A DNA stretch of 64,000 bases, taken from NCBI GenBank assembly GCA_963678065.2, contig CAXXVZ010000005.1:32001-96000 (forward strand), written 5' to 3'. The DNA is from Treponemataceae bacterium (GTDB lineage: Bacteria; Spirochaetota; Spirochaetia; Treponematales; Rectinemataceae). A model generated the notes under the pieces. The model had not been told where the DNA came from, did not search any database, and worked only from the letters and a program-made list of their open reading frames with translations. Made by a program: the position numbers and the translations under genes. Of the stretch, positions 20,117-31,857 are shown piece after piece; positions within the stretch are counted from its first letter, which is position 1; each line of letters starts with the position of its first letter.

Positions 20117-20926
20117 ATGCGCCTCGATGACATCGTTTTCGTCTACCACCTCGAAGACGAGGGCCTCATCAGCTGGCACGGACGCCTCCACAGCCACCCG
20201 CCGGGCAAATACGAGTTCCACTATTTCATTTCGGGAGAAGGCGCCTTCCGCAACGGAAACGCCCGTTTCGGACTGAATCCCGGCGACCTTTTCCTCACGC
20301 GTCCCGAGCTTGCGCACCAGATAATCCCCGCCGGAAAACGCCGACCGATCACCTATTACGCCCTTCTTTTCGACACCGAGGGAGACAGCGAGACGGAAGC
20401 CCTTCTGGAAGGCGGCACCGAAAGCCCGCGCCACATCGGCATGTCCCACCGCTTCTTCTTCGCCGACCTCCTCGAGAAACACTTTTCCGGTGTGGACAGG
20501 CTCGCCACCGCCGCGCGGCACCAGTTCACTGCCTTCCTGTACTCCCTGGAAGGCGGGCTGCCCTCGGGTTCCTCGAGCGCCGACAACGTGCACGTGGAGA
20601 AGGCCCTGGCCATCATGCACGGATCGATCGAAAAGGCATGCGATCTCGCCGCGATCTGTTCGCGCCTCGGCATCGGCCGCGAGCATTTCGTGCGGCTCTT
20701 CGGCGAGAGGATGGGACTTCCGCCCATGAAATACTACGGCCGCCTCAAAATCGAGGCCGCGCGCGCCATGCTCGCAAGCACGAACCTCAGGATCGGGGAA
20801 ATCTCGGACAAGCTCGGTTTCGACAATCAGTTCAACTTCAGCCGCGCCTTCAAGCGCGAGTCGGGCCTCTCTCCTTCCGGGTACCGCGCCCGCTGCCTCC
20901 AGAAAGAGGATTTCCGCATCCACTGA
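20117..20926 (+). CDS. AraC family transcriptional regulator, divergent from xylA
   Basis: N-terminal cupin (HSH..YEFHYF), C-terminal HTH ..LGFDNQFNFSRAFKRESGLSPSGYR. Confidence 0.88.
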   Translation: MRLDDIVFVYHLEDEGLISWHGRLHSHPPGKYEFHYFISGEGAFRNGNARFGLNPGDLFLTRPELAHQIIPAGKRRPITYYALLFDTEGDSETEALLEGGTESPRHIGMSHRFFFADLLEKHFSGVDRLATAARHQFTAFLYSLEGGLPSGSSSADNVHVEKALAIMHGSIEKACDLAAICSRLGIGREHFVRLFGERMGLPPMKYYGRLKIEAARAMLASTNLRIGEISDKLGFDNQFNFSRAFKRESGLSPSGYRARCLQKEDFRIH

Positions 20927-21058
20927 AAAAGCGACAGCCTCCCGTCTTTTTTTCACGTTTCCTTCAATCGCCGCCGCCCTCTGTGTGCGTATCCATAGGG
21001 CACGGGTCAGGGGAGACCGCGGCTCCTCCCCGGAAACCCGCGTTCATGGAGGAAAACG

Positions 21059-21478
21059 ATGAACTCTCTCAACAGCATTTTACTCGAAGGCAATCTCGTA
21101 AAGGACCCCGCGAACAAGACACTCCCCTCGGGCATACAGGTCTGCAACTTCGAACTCGCGACGAACAGATCCTACAAGCAGAACGACGTCTTCGAGAAAG
21201 AAGTATCCTACTTCGACGTCGAGGCCTGGTCACGCCTCGGCGCGAGCTGCGCGCAGAACCTCACGAAGGGCCGAGGGGTGCGGGTTGTGGGTCGGCTGAA
21301 ACAGGACAGGTGGCTGGACCCCGAAGGGAAAAATCGGTCAAGGATAAAAATCGTGGCCGAACATGTCGAGTTCAAGCCGCAGAAAATGCAGGCTCCCGCC
21401 GTCTCGGATTTCGGGACGGAGGAAGCCGGATTCAACGTGGGACCGGGCGCCGGAGAGGAATCCGAGATTGTGTTCTGA
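21059..21478 (+). CDS. ssb: Single-stranded DNA-binding protein
   Basis: NSILLEGNLVKDP, KGRGVRVVGRLKQDRW, acidic C-terminus ending in F; GGAGG RBS. Confidence 0.93.
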   Translation: MNSLNSILLEGNLVKDPANKTLPSGIQVCNFELATNRSYKQNDVFEKEVSYFDVEAWSRLGASCAQNLTKGRGVRVVGRLKQDRWLDPEGKNRSRIKIVAEHVEFKPQKMQAPAVSDFGTEEAGFNVGPGAGEESEIVF

Positions 21479-21553
21479 GGGAATGTACCTGCGCGGCCGG
21501 AGCAGCGGGCGGAAAAGGCCCTTCTCCGGAAGGAGAAAGATCCGGCCGCCGCT

Positions 21554-22330
21554 TTAGCGCGCGGGAATCACCTTGGTGACGAGGGCCGCGCTCGACAGGG
21601 CCTCGGTGGCCTCGGCCGCGGCGTTGGAGAGTATGCGTATGAAGCGGTCCCGGGCGACGGGATCCTTCATGCGCGCGGTGGGGCCCGAGACGCTGATCGC
21701 TCCCGCGAAATCGGAGCCGGGGAGTCTGAGAGGCATGGCGATGCAGGTCAGGCCGATCTCGTACTCCTCGCGGTCTATGCCGTAGCCCATCTCTTTGGCG
21801 CGGAGACTTTCACGGTAGACCTCGTCCGGATCGGTGATCGTCATCTCGTTTATGCGGGGGAGAGGTCCGGGACCGAGGATGGACTTGACCCTGTCCTCTG
21901 GCAGGAGGGAGAGGATGGCCTTGCCGACGCCGGTGCAGTACAGGGGGAGCCTGTCTCCGGGGGCCACGCGCATGCGCAGGCTCCTGTCGGCCTCGACTCT
22001 GTCCAGATAAATGGCGCTCGAGCCGGCGAGACAGGCGAGATTGGCGGATTCGCCGGATTCACGCGAGAGTCGCTCGAGGATGGGACGGATGCGGTCCACG
22101 ACGATGTTGCGGATGGGAACTTGATTTCCGAGCTCGAAGAGGGCGAGCCCGAGGGACCATCCGCCATTTCGCCGTTCCGCTACACCCCTGGACTCAAGGG
22201 CCCCAAGGTAGCGCAAAGCCGTGGCCTTGTTCATGCCGGTTTCGCGCGAGAGCCGCGCGAGAGTGACATCCCCGCCTGATCGTGCCAGATAAAAGAGGAT
22301 ATCCAGGGCTTTGGCTGCAGATTCACTCAT
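21554..22330 (-). CDS. IclR family transcriptional regulator
   Basis: KALDIL..HTH, GESANL, PLYCTGVGKAIL, DREEYEIGLTCIA, AISVSGP. Confidence 0.92.
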   Translation of the reverse strand: MSESAAKALDILFYLARSGGDVTLARLSRETGMNKATALRYLGALESRGVAERRNGGWSLGLALFELGNQVPIRNIVVDRIRPILERLSRESGESANLACLAGSSAIYLDRVEADRSLRMRVAPGDRLPLYCTGVGKAILSLLPEDRVKSILGPGPLPRINEMTITDPDEVYRESLRAKEMGYGIDREEYEIGLTCIAMPLRLPGSDFAGAISVSGPTARMKDPVARDRFIRILSNAAAEATEALSSAALVTKVIPAR

Positions 22331-22395
22331 GGCTCACCACCTTTGATCGGATGCCGAAAAAAAGGCTCCGGACGGTTTGATAAACAAAAGATCAT

Positions 22396-22408
22396 TTCGT
22401 TTAACGAA
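22396..22408. promoter_or_regulatory. Palindrome TTCGTT-T-AACGAA upstream of the IclR gene (candidate autoregulatory operator)
   Basis: Perfect 6-bp inverted repeat in the AT-rich intergenic region. Confidence 0.35.
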
Positions 22409-22443
22409 CCATTTCGGGAGCCTAACACCCTGAGAGGGTGACG

Positions 22444-24510
22444 TCAAGTCGGTTTTTCTTCGGGAGACCAAAAACCTTCTTTCCAGTTGAATCTTTCCGT
22501 GTCGGGGAGGACGGCACCTTCGGCGGCGGCCTTCATGACATGGCGGTAGAGCCCCTTTCCGAGGTCGACGTGGGAGAAATCGAGGATGACCTTGCCCATG
22601 CCCTCTTTTTTCAGGAAGGGTATCCGGTCGACAAGGGAAAATGGCTTCATCGGCACGACGACGGAGTAGTCGCGGTTGCCGACGAGTTCATACGTGCCCC
22701 CGCCCCGATCGGTGAAGAACTTCGACGTGTAGACTTTGCTGAGGTCCTTGCGGATCCGGAAGAGGGGGGGATAGCTGAACACGACGGGCATGAACGCGGC
22801 GGCCGGCACGGTCTCCGCGATGCGCTGGAGATTCTGCTTGGATATCTCCAGGGGAGGAACAATGTAATTCGCCCCTTCCGAGATGAGGAAGGCCGCGGAC
22901 CAGCGGTTGAAGGCGTAGAGCCAGGGGCCGGCGATCACCGTGAGGCCCTTGCCGCGCACGAGGCTGAAGTGGCCGGGATTGTTGACGACGACGGTCTTGA
23001 TCCCGCGCCCGATCCAGTATGCGAGCTCGGGCTCGAGCCAGGCGGCATCGTCTTCGGGAAAATAAGGATCGAGCCAGAGCACGAGGGACTCCCGCTTGAA
23101 CGGAATGGTCTGCTCCTCGGCCCTGAGCTTCTCCGCATTTTTCCGGTCGAAGAGGATCATGGCCTTCTCGGGCCGCGCGGAGAGAATGGCGTGGAGGTCG
23201 CCGACTTTGCTCACGAGAACATACAGACCATCGGGGAGGGCCGTGAGGGACTGTCGCGTCATGGCGGGATAGTCGGGGCGCGGCGAAAGATCCCGGGAGG
23301 GGAATTTGTGGTACTTGGCGATTTCTTTGGGCAGGAGGGGCTTGTAGCGCCTCGACATGCCGGCAGTCTGGACGAGATAGATCGTATCGCTCTGGCGGAA
23401 CTCGCCATCGACGAGGAGGAGCATGCCGCTGGCGATGGGCTTCACCCCGCGAACCTTGGCCGTAATCCTTCCGGAATCGTCGCTGCGGTGGATGCGCACG
23501 GAATCGCCCTCGCCGATGCCGTCGAAGGAGTGCATGACAGCCCAGCGCGCTCCGGAGTCGTCGACATGGATGTCGCGCACCTGCCCTAAGGGGATGCCTG
23601 TCCCGCCGGGCTGGTCAGGATGGATGTACTCGGCCTTCTCCACTCCGGAAACCATGAAGCTGGTTTTGCGGCGGGCGAAATCCTTGCTGAGGATGGCGCG
23701 CGCCCTGAGGAGGGCGCGTTCCCTGTCGATGCGCCAGTTGTCCATCATGTACCGGTAGGCCGCCACGACGGTTCCGACATAGTCGGCGCTCTTCATGCGC
23801 CCTTCGATCTTGAAGGAATCGACTCCGGCCTCCATGAGGTCGGGAACCTGCTGGATGAGTTCGAGGTCGTCGGGCGAGAAGAAGTACCCGGACTTCTGGT
23901 CGGACTCGTAGAGGCGGCGGCAGGCCTGGGTGCACTGTCCGCGGTTCGCGCTCTTGCCGCCGAGATAGCCGGAGAAGAGACAGAGTCCCGAGGCGCTGAC
24001 ACAGAGAGCCCCGTGAACGAAGGTTTCCAGCTCGAGATTCGTGCTCTGCCTGATCGCCCTTATCTCGTCGAGGCTGAGTTCGCGCGCGAGGACGGCCCGC
24101 TTGAATCCGTGCCGGGAGAGATAGTTGACGCCGCGCGCCGAGGCGACGTTCATCTGGGTCGAGGCGTGCAGGGCGAGTTTGGGAAAGTTGTCGACAGCCA
24201 TTTTGACGACGCCGAGGTCCTGGACGATGATGCCGTCCGGACCGACGCGATCCAGGTACTGGAGAAGCTGCCACATCCTGTCGGCTTCTCTCTGTTCGAA
24301 AACGGTGTTGACGGTAACGTAGACTTTTTTGGACTGCCTCCTGCAGACGTCGACAGTGGCTTCGAACTGATTGAAAGCGAAATTGGAGGACCGCATGCGG
24401 GCGTTGAAGCTGCGCAGTCCGAGATAGACAGCGTCCGCTCCTTCGCCGATCGCGGCGTCGAGTGCTTCCGGGTTTCCCGCGGGAGCGAGTAGTTCAGTGG
24501 GTTTCACCAT
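22444..24510 (-). CDS. U32 family peptidase-like protein (RNA hydroxylase RlhA/TrhP family)
   Basis: ELLAPAG, HASTQ, RELSL, FVHGALCVSASGLC, ANRGQCTQACR, KIEGRMK. Confidence 0.9.
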   Translation of the reverse strand: MVKPTELLAPAGNPEALDAAIGEGADAVYLGLRSFNARMRSSNFAFNQFEATVDVCRRQSKKVYVTVNTVFEQREADRMWQLLQYLDRVGPDGIIVQDLGVVKMAVDNFPKLALHASTQMNVASARGVNYLSRHGFKRAVLARELSLDEIRAIRQSTNLELETFVHGALCVSASGLCLFSGYLGGKSANRGQCTQACRRLYESDQKSGYFFSPDDLELIQQVPDLMEAGVDSFKIEGRMKSADYVGTVVAAYRYMMDNWRIDRERALLRARAILSKDFARRKTSFMVSGVEKAEYIHPDQPGGTGIPLGQVRDIHVDDSGARWAVMHSFDGIGEGDSVRIHRSDDSGRITAKVRGVKPIASGMLLLVDGEFRQSDTIYLVQTAGMSRRYKPLLPKEIAKYHKFPSRDLSPRPDYPAMTRQSLTALPDGLYVLVSKVGDLHAILSARPEKAMILFDRKNAEKLRAEEQTIPFKRESLVLWLDPYFPEDDAAWLEPELAYWIGRGIKTVVVNNPGHFSLVRGKGLTVIAGPWLYAFNRWSAAFLISEGANYIVPPLEISKQNLQRIAETVPAAAFMPVVFSYPPLFRIRKDLSKVYTSKFFTDRGGGTYELVGNRDYSVVVPMKPFSLVDRIPFLKKEGMGKVILDFSHVDLGKGLYRHVMKAAAEGAVLPDTERFNWKEGFWSPEEKPT

Positions 24511-24690
24511 CTTTTTATAGAAGGAAATACATCAATATTCAAGACCTCGGATATTGTCGCTGCCCCGCGCCTTTGTCCGGGAACTCTCGCCAAGAGGCGC
24601 GCCCCTAGCCTCGCCCGCGGGCCTCGCCTACGGGCGCCTCCGAAGGACGGCGGTTGATGATAGGGTCCGTTTTCGTATACATTAAAGCAA

Positions 24691-26715
<2,025 letters not shown>

Positions 26716-26914
26716 GTGCAAAGCCGGACGACTTCTCCGGCCCGTCTTCGTCCTCCTTTGCCCGCACCGATCCGCACAGAGCGCGTTCCCGCCACCCGGC
26801 CGGAGGGCGCTTTTTTTTGCGAAAACACCGTATCAGGCTCAATCGCCGCGGGCTCTTTTCTGCGTATTCCTTCCGTGCGGGCGGCGAGGCCGCGGGCACA
26901 AGGGAGGACGCGCG

Positions 26915-27544
26915 ATGTCGCATGTGGTTCTTGCCCTCCTCATGCTGTTTTCCGACATGGACAACAGGGAGGACATGAAATTCGCCTTCTCGGCTGAACA
27001 GGGTGCCGATCTTTCCTGCGGGTTTTCGACACTTGTCACCTTCCTCGCGGGATACTGGGCCGAGCCGTCTTCGGAAGAGTACCTTATCGGAAAATACGGC
27101 GGAGGCGGGACTGTCTCCGTGAGGGATCTCCTCGCCGTTCTCGCTGGCGAAGGCTTCGCCGCGCGTGCGTATCGGATGGATTTCGGACAACTCGCGAGGG
27201 CAGCCTCGTCGAACGCGCCCCTCCTCGTGCATTACGACAGGCCGGAGGGGCATTTCGCTCTCCTCCTCGATGTGGCGGGGGATCTCGTCGTGACTTCGGA
27301 CCCCGCTCTCGGGACAGTCATCTCGGAAAAATGGGATTTCCTCGGGTATTGGAGCGGCGCGGCGATAGTGGCCAAGCCTCTGTCGGCCCTTTCCCGGTCC
27401 GCGCCGAAGGCTGATCAGGCCGGCACCGCAGGGCTGAGGGCCGATCCCGTCCTTCTCTCCTTCGCAGTGGCTTCCGCCCGCGACAGACTGCACGGGCTCG
27501 ACGATGCGTCGGCCATGGACAGGCTGGCCTGGAGGTCGAGATGA
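26915..27544 (+). CDS. Stand-alone C39 family cysteine peptidase
   Basis: EQGADLSCG (Gln/Cys), GHF (His), DPALG (Asp). Confidence 0.78.
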   Translation: MSHVVLALLMLFSDMDNREDMKFAFSAEQGADLSCGFSTLVTFLAGYWAEPSSEEYLIGKYGGGGTVSVRDLLAVLAGEGFAARAYRMDFGQLARAASSNAPLLVHYDRPEGHFALLLDVAGDLVVTSDPALGTVISEKWDFLGYWSGAAIVAKPLSALSRSAPKADQAGTAGLRADPVLLSFAVASARDRLHGLDDASAMDRLAWRSR

Positions 27545-28425
27545 GCCGCCGGCACGCAAAACCGCCCGCGGGCACGGACAAGCCGTTTTCACGCTCAATC
27601 CTTCTGACCATGGCACTCTTCATCGCCGGAGGAACTGCCCTCTGTGCCCAGACATCGGGGCATGAACGCGTGGGTGTGAGGGTTTTCCGGAACTGCGAGC
27701 TCACGGTCTCGGCCGGACTCGACGCAACCGCGGTCGCGACAGCGCGCGGAAGGGGGATCAGTCTCTCGACCTCCCTCGCTGCCGAATTCCTGTTTTCCGG
27801 AACCTGGAATCTCTGCGCGACCCTCCCCTATTCGGTCCTCGTCGTTCCCGGACGCGAGAGCAGGTTTCCCCTCACAAGTGCGCCGGGAGACCCCGAAATC
27901 AGCCTGGGCTTCACGTCGAGGCTGGATCGATGGCGCCTGGGAACCGATCTCTCATGGTCGCGCCCCCTGGGAATATCCGACCCGGTCAGGGGCGATATCC
28001 TCGGTTTTTCTTCCGGTTCGGGCTCGGACAGCTTCACTGTCCTGTTTCGGGCAAACCGCTTCCTCGATCCTCTCTCCTTCGGCTCCACGCTCACCCTCTC
28101 ATACAGGATGCCCCGGAGGGATGGGCCCACAGCGGCCGAAGGTTCCCTCCTCGTCAAGGCCGGAGTGAGCGTAACCGAGGCTCTCAACCGGAATGCGCTC
28201 CTCGGATTGTCCCTGACACAGTCTTTCTCGGCCGGAACCGACGCCAAAGGAATTCCGGACGGAAAAGGCTTCCGGTATGGCGCGACCGGAGGCGCAAGCC
28301 TGACCTTGAGCGATGGGCGCTACTCCCTCCGGATCGGTGGATCAATGAATATCGCCAATCCGTCCTCATCGGGATCTGTCTACGTGATTGTATCCCGCAC
28401 GATCGCTCTCGGGAGGAAAGCATGA
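27541..28425 (+). CDS. Secreted protein, putative outer-membrane beta-barrel ('transporter'/FapF-like)
   Basis: Signal-peptide-like segment, alternating amphipathic strands, LPY..GD and DP motifs; coupled to the C39 gene by ATGA overlap. Confidence 0.5.
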   Translation: MSRRHAKPPAGTDKPFSRSILLTMALFIAGGTALCAQTSGHERVGVRVFRNCELTVSAGLDATAVATARGRGISLSTSLAAEFLFSGTWNLCATLPYSVLVVPGRESRFPLTSAPGDPEISLGFTSRLDRWRLGTDLSWSRPLGISDPVRGDILGFSSGSGSDSFTVLFRANRFLDPLSFGSTLTLSYRMPRRDGPTAAEGSLLVKAGVSVTEALNRNALLGLSLTQSFSAGTDAKGIPDGKGFRYGATGGASLTLSDGRYSLRIGGSMNIANPSSSGSVYVIVSRTIALGRKA

Positions 28426-28805
28426 TGAAAATCAGGTCGATACCAGTGTTTCTGTTGCTGGCCGCGCAGGCTGCGGTGCTCTTGGCTTCCTGCGTCCCGG
28501 ATTCAGGGCAATGGTTCCCGTCCGGGAAAGCAGAGATCGTCAATTTCTGCGAAAAGGAAGACGGGGAGACGAAATCCGCGACGGCGACAATCAGGATTGC
28601 CAATACAGGGCAGGCCGTAATCCGCTCGAGCACTGTTTCGGCCTCTCTCGGGACCGAAAGCAGGCGGTATTACCGGACAGTCACCGACGCGAGAGCCATA
28701 CTCCCGGGCGGTTTGATTTTCATCGATGTAGAGTTCATCTACGACTCCGCCTCGGAAAAGGCAGAAGAAGGAGGAACGAGGCTGGAAAGTTCGTTCTACG
28801 AATGA
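28422..28805 (+). CDS. Putative lipoprotein
   Basis: MMKIRSIPVFLLLAAQAAVLLASC lipobox; beta-rich; GGAGG RBS. Confidence 0.7.
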   Translation: MMKIRSIPVFLLLAAQAAVLLASCVPDSGQWFPSGKAEIVNFCEKEDGETKSATATIRIANTGQAVIRSSTVSASLGTESRRYYRTVTDARAILPGGLIFIDVEFIYDSASEKAEEGGTRLESSFYE

Positions 28806-28822
28806 AGCCGGAAACGAAGGCC

Positions 28823-29407
28823 TCAGAAGCAGGACAAGGTGAAGACGCCGATGAGGGACTCCATCCTCATGAGAGCTTCGGCGGCGGGTCCATCCATCGG
28901 GGTCCTCGTCTGATTCTCGAGCTCCCCGACATACCAGAAGAAGAGTCCGAATTTCGGGTCTATCCTGAACGCGTACAGAATGAAGTCCGAAGCTCTTCCG
29001 GCCGAACCGAAGAGAAGAGTGGCCACCGAGCGGGCGATCGCCACGAAGCGGAGAAAGGCGAGCGAAACCGAGCCCTTCATGAAATCGCGCTCAAAAGCTT
29101 CCAGGTCCGCGAGCAGACGTTCCTTGGGCTTCTCTTCGGTTTTTTCCACCCAGGTCTTGTGGACGAGGAGTTCCACGTTTTCCCGGAAAACCCTGAGGAG
29201 CCGGGCTTCGTTCCGGGCTTGATCCTCGGAAGGTCCGCTTATGTATTGCAAGAATTCGCCCGGATTGCCCATGAGATCGGCAAGCTGGACAGCGATGGTT
29301 GATCGGGTGGATGCCATGGCGTCCACGAGGGCCGGGAGCAGTTTGAAGGCTTGCCTCTCGGTGTCGGTGACGACCTGATCAAGAAGCTCGGATTCAGGCA
29401 TATACAT
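28823..29407 (-). CDS. Hypothetical protein
   Basis: 194-aa ORF with coding-like composition; no recognised motif. Confidence 0.65.
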   Translation of the reverse strand: MYMPESELLDQVVTDTERQAFKLLPALVDAMASTRSTIAVQLADLMGNPGEFLQYISGPSEDQARNEARLLRVFRENVELLVHKTWVEKTEEKPKERLLADLEAFERDFMKGSVSLAFLRFVAIARSVATLLFGSAGRASDFILYAFRIDPKFGLFFWYVGELENQTRTPMDGPAAEALMRMESLIGVFTLSCF

Positions 29408-29499
29408 AACTCACGATGTCAAGAAACGCCTTTCTTGGTCAAGGGGGCCGGAATGATGATCCTTGCGTAATCGACCCTGTTAAAATACAATGATATTCC

Positions 29500-31809
29500 A
29501 TGAATGATATAAACCTTGTGCCCGAAGAGCATGCGTCATATGATTTCATTCCCGCGCGGCATCTCCATCACGATGAAACGGAGTATCATTTTCGCAACAA
29601 GCAATTGCGCGGCACCGGCAAGGATCCGTCCCTGTACCGCAGACTGAAGACTTTCGAACTCGAGACCCTCGTCAAGAACGAGAACACCTGCGCCGACTGG
29701 TCGATGCTTCTCGTCTCCGACCCCTTCACTCCCGAGCTGATAAAGAACAATACCTTTTCCGGCCTTATCCGCATCGCCATGCTCGAACGCGTCACCCTCG
29801 AGCACCACGACCTCCACATGATGGCCGGCATCACCAATTCACGCGTCATCGCCTGCGACATCGGCGAAAATTGTGCCATCCACGACTGCGCCTACCTCGC
29901 CCACTACATCGTCGGGGACAACTGTCTTCTCCTTCGGAACGATGAGATACATGTCTCCAACCACTCCAAATTCGGGAATGGAATCGTCATGGAGGGCGAG
30001 GACGAAGCTGTCCGCATCCAGATGGATCTCATGAACGAAGCGGGCGGACGGAGCGTCCTTCCCTTCGACGGGATGCTCTCTGCCGACGCCTACCTCTGGG
30101 CCCGATACAGGGACAGACCGGAGCTCATGAATGCCTTCCGGGAGATGACCGAGAACATGTTCGAGCACCGCTTCGGCTCCTACGGCATGATCGGCCGCGC
30201 CTGTGTCCTCAAATCCAACAGGATCATCAAGGATGTCCTCATCGGCGACTCGGCCTACATCAAGGGCACGAACAAACTCAAGAACCTGACAGTCAACTCG
30301 AGCGAAAGAGCCAGGACCCAGATCGGCGAGGGCGTCGAACTCGTCAATGGAATAATCGGGTATGGCTGCCGGATATTCTACGGCTGCAAGGCCGTCCGCT
30401 TCGTGATGGGCGACAATTCGGCCCTCAAATACGGTGCCCGTCTCATCCACTCGGTCCTGGGCGAGAATTCCACCGTTTCCTGCTGCGAACTCCTCAACAA
30501 TCTCATCTTCCCGGCCCACGAGCAGCACCACAACACGAGCTTCCTCATCGCGAGCCTCGTCCGCGGACAGTCGAACATGGCCGCAGGCGCGACGGTCGGA
30601 TCGAATCACAACTCGAGAGCTCCGGACGGGGAAATCGAAGCTGGACGGGGTTTCTGGCCCGGCCTGACGGTATCTCTCAAGCACTCCTCGCGATTCGCCT
30701 CCTTCTGCCTCATAGCCAAGGGGGACTATCGCTTCGAGCTGGACATTCCTCTGCCCTTCTGCCTCGTCGACGATGACCGTGCCCAGGACAGGCTCATCCT
30801 TGTTCCCGCGTACTGGTGGACCCACAACCAGTATGCCCTCATGCGCAATGAATCGAAGTTCCGGACCAGAGACCAGAGATCGGTCAAGCTGCAGGCCTTC
30901 GAGTATTCGCCCTTCGCCCCGGACACTGCGCGGGAGATGGTCGGGGCCATCAGACTGCTCGAGAAGTGGACGGGTATGTCATCGCACCGGGCCGCCGGGA
31001 AGGACTGCGCGGACATGGACGAGGAGGAGCTGATCCTCGCCGGACGGAAAATCCTCGACAGTGAAGGCGACGGGCCCGGATTCGAGGTTCTCGCAGAGGG
31101 CGTCGAAAACTCGCCCCGCCCCGTCGTCGTCGTGAAACCGCGCAGGGCCCGCAATTCCTACTACGAGATGCTCCTCTGGTATGCCGGAAGGGCCATCCTC
31201 GACTACGCGTCCTCGCGCGGGAACGCCGATCCGACATTCACCTCGCTGCAGCGGGACCTCGCCGGCCCCGTCCCTGTCGGGGAAGGCTGCGCGCCTGCCG
31301 TGGGCTCCGATTGCGCAGCCGGCCAGATCTGGGAGAACTTGGGCGGCCAGCTCGTCCCTGTCTCCCGGCTGAACGTTCTCCTCGACATGGCGGAACGCAG
31401 AGAGATACCGACCTGGAAGGAAATGCACGCCGAATACGCGATTCTCTCGTCCCACTACCTGCAGGACAAGGCGCGGCACGCGTGGGAAACACTGAGAGTT
31501 CTTCCGCAGCTCCGGCCTGAGAGCGGGGAAGAAGGGATCGGGGACATGACTGGAGCCCCGGCCCTCGCGCAGGAAGATCTTGTCAGAATCATGCAGACAC
31601 TCTCCTCGCTCACCCGTCGGGTCGAAGTGGAGGTGAAAGCATCGCGGCGCAAGGACTTCCAGAATCGATTCAGGAGAGCGACATTCCGCTCCGAGGCTGA
31701 GATGGCCGCCGTCGTCGGAACCGTGGACGACAACTCCTTCGTCAAGTCGACGAGGACATCGATGGCCGCGATGCGGGAAGAGATAGCCAGGTTTCTGAAA
31801 GCGCTCTGA
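29500..31809 (+). CDS. DUF4954 family protein (left-handed beta-helix-like)
   Basis: YRRLK..E..TLVKNEN, NEAGGRSV, GSNHNSR..DGEI.AGRGFWPG. Confidence 0.8.
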   Translation: MNDINLVPEEHASYDFIPARHLHHDETEYHFRNKQLRGTGKDPSLYRRLKTFELETLVKNENTCADWSMLLVSDPFTPELIKNNTFSGLIRIAMLERVTLEHHDLHMMAGITNSRVIACDIGENCAIHDCAYLAHYIVGDNCLLLRNDEIHVSNHSKFGNGIVMEGEDEAVRIQMDLMNEAGGRSVLPFDGMLSADAYLWARYRDRPELMNAFREMTENMFEHRFGSYGMIGRACVLKSNRIIKDVLIGDSAYIKGTNKLKNLTVNSSERARTQIGEGVELVNGIIGYGCRIFYGCKAVRFVMGDNSALKYGARLIHSVLGENSTVSCCELLNNLIFPAHEQHHNTSFLIASLVRGQSNMAAGATVGSNHNSRAPDGEIEAGRGFWPGLTVSLKHSSRFASFCLIAKGDYRFELDIPLPFCLVDDDRAQDRLILVPAYWWTHNQYALMRNESKFRTRDQRSVKLQAFEYSPFAPDTAREMVGAIRLLEKWTGMSSHRAAGKDCADMDEEELILAGRKILDSEGDGPGFEVLAEGVENSPRPVVVVKPRRARNSYYEMLLWYAGRAILDYASSRGNADPTFTSLQRDLAGPVPVGEGCAPAVGSDCAAGQIWENLGGQLVPVSRLNVLLDMAERREIPTWKEMHAEYAILSSHYLQDKARHAWETLRVLPQLRPESGEEGIGDMTGAPALAQEDLVRIMQTLSSLTRRVEVEVKASRRKDFQNRFRRATFRSEAEMAAVVGTVDDNSFVKSTRTSMAAMREEIARFLKAL

Positions 31810-31857
31810 TCCGGCGGCATTTGCACCTGAACCAGCGGACAGTGTATAAACCACGAC

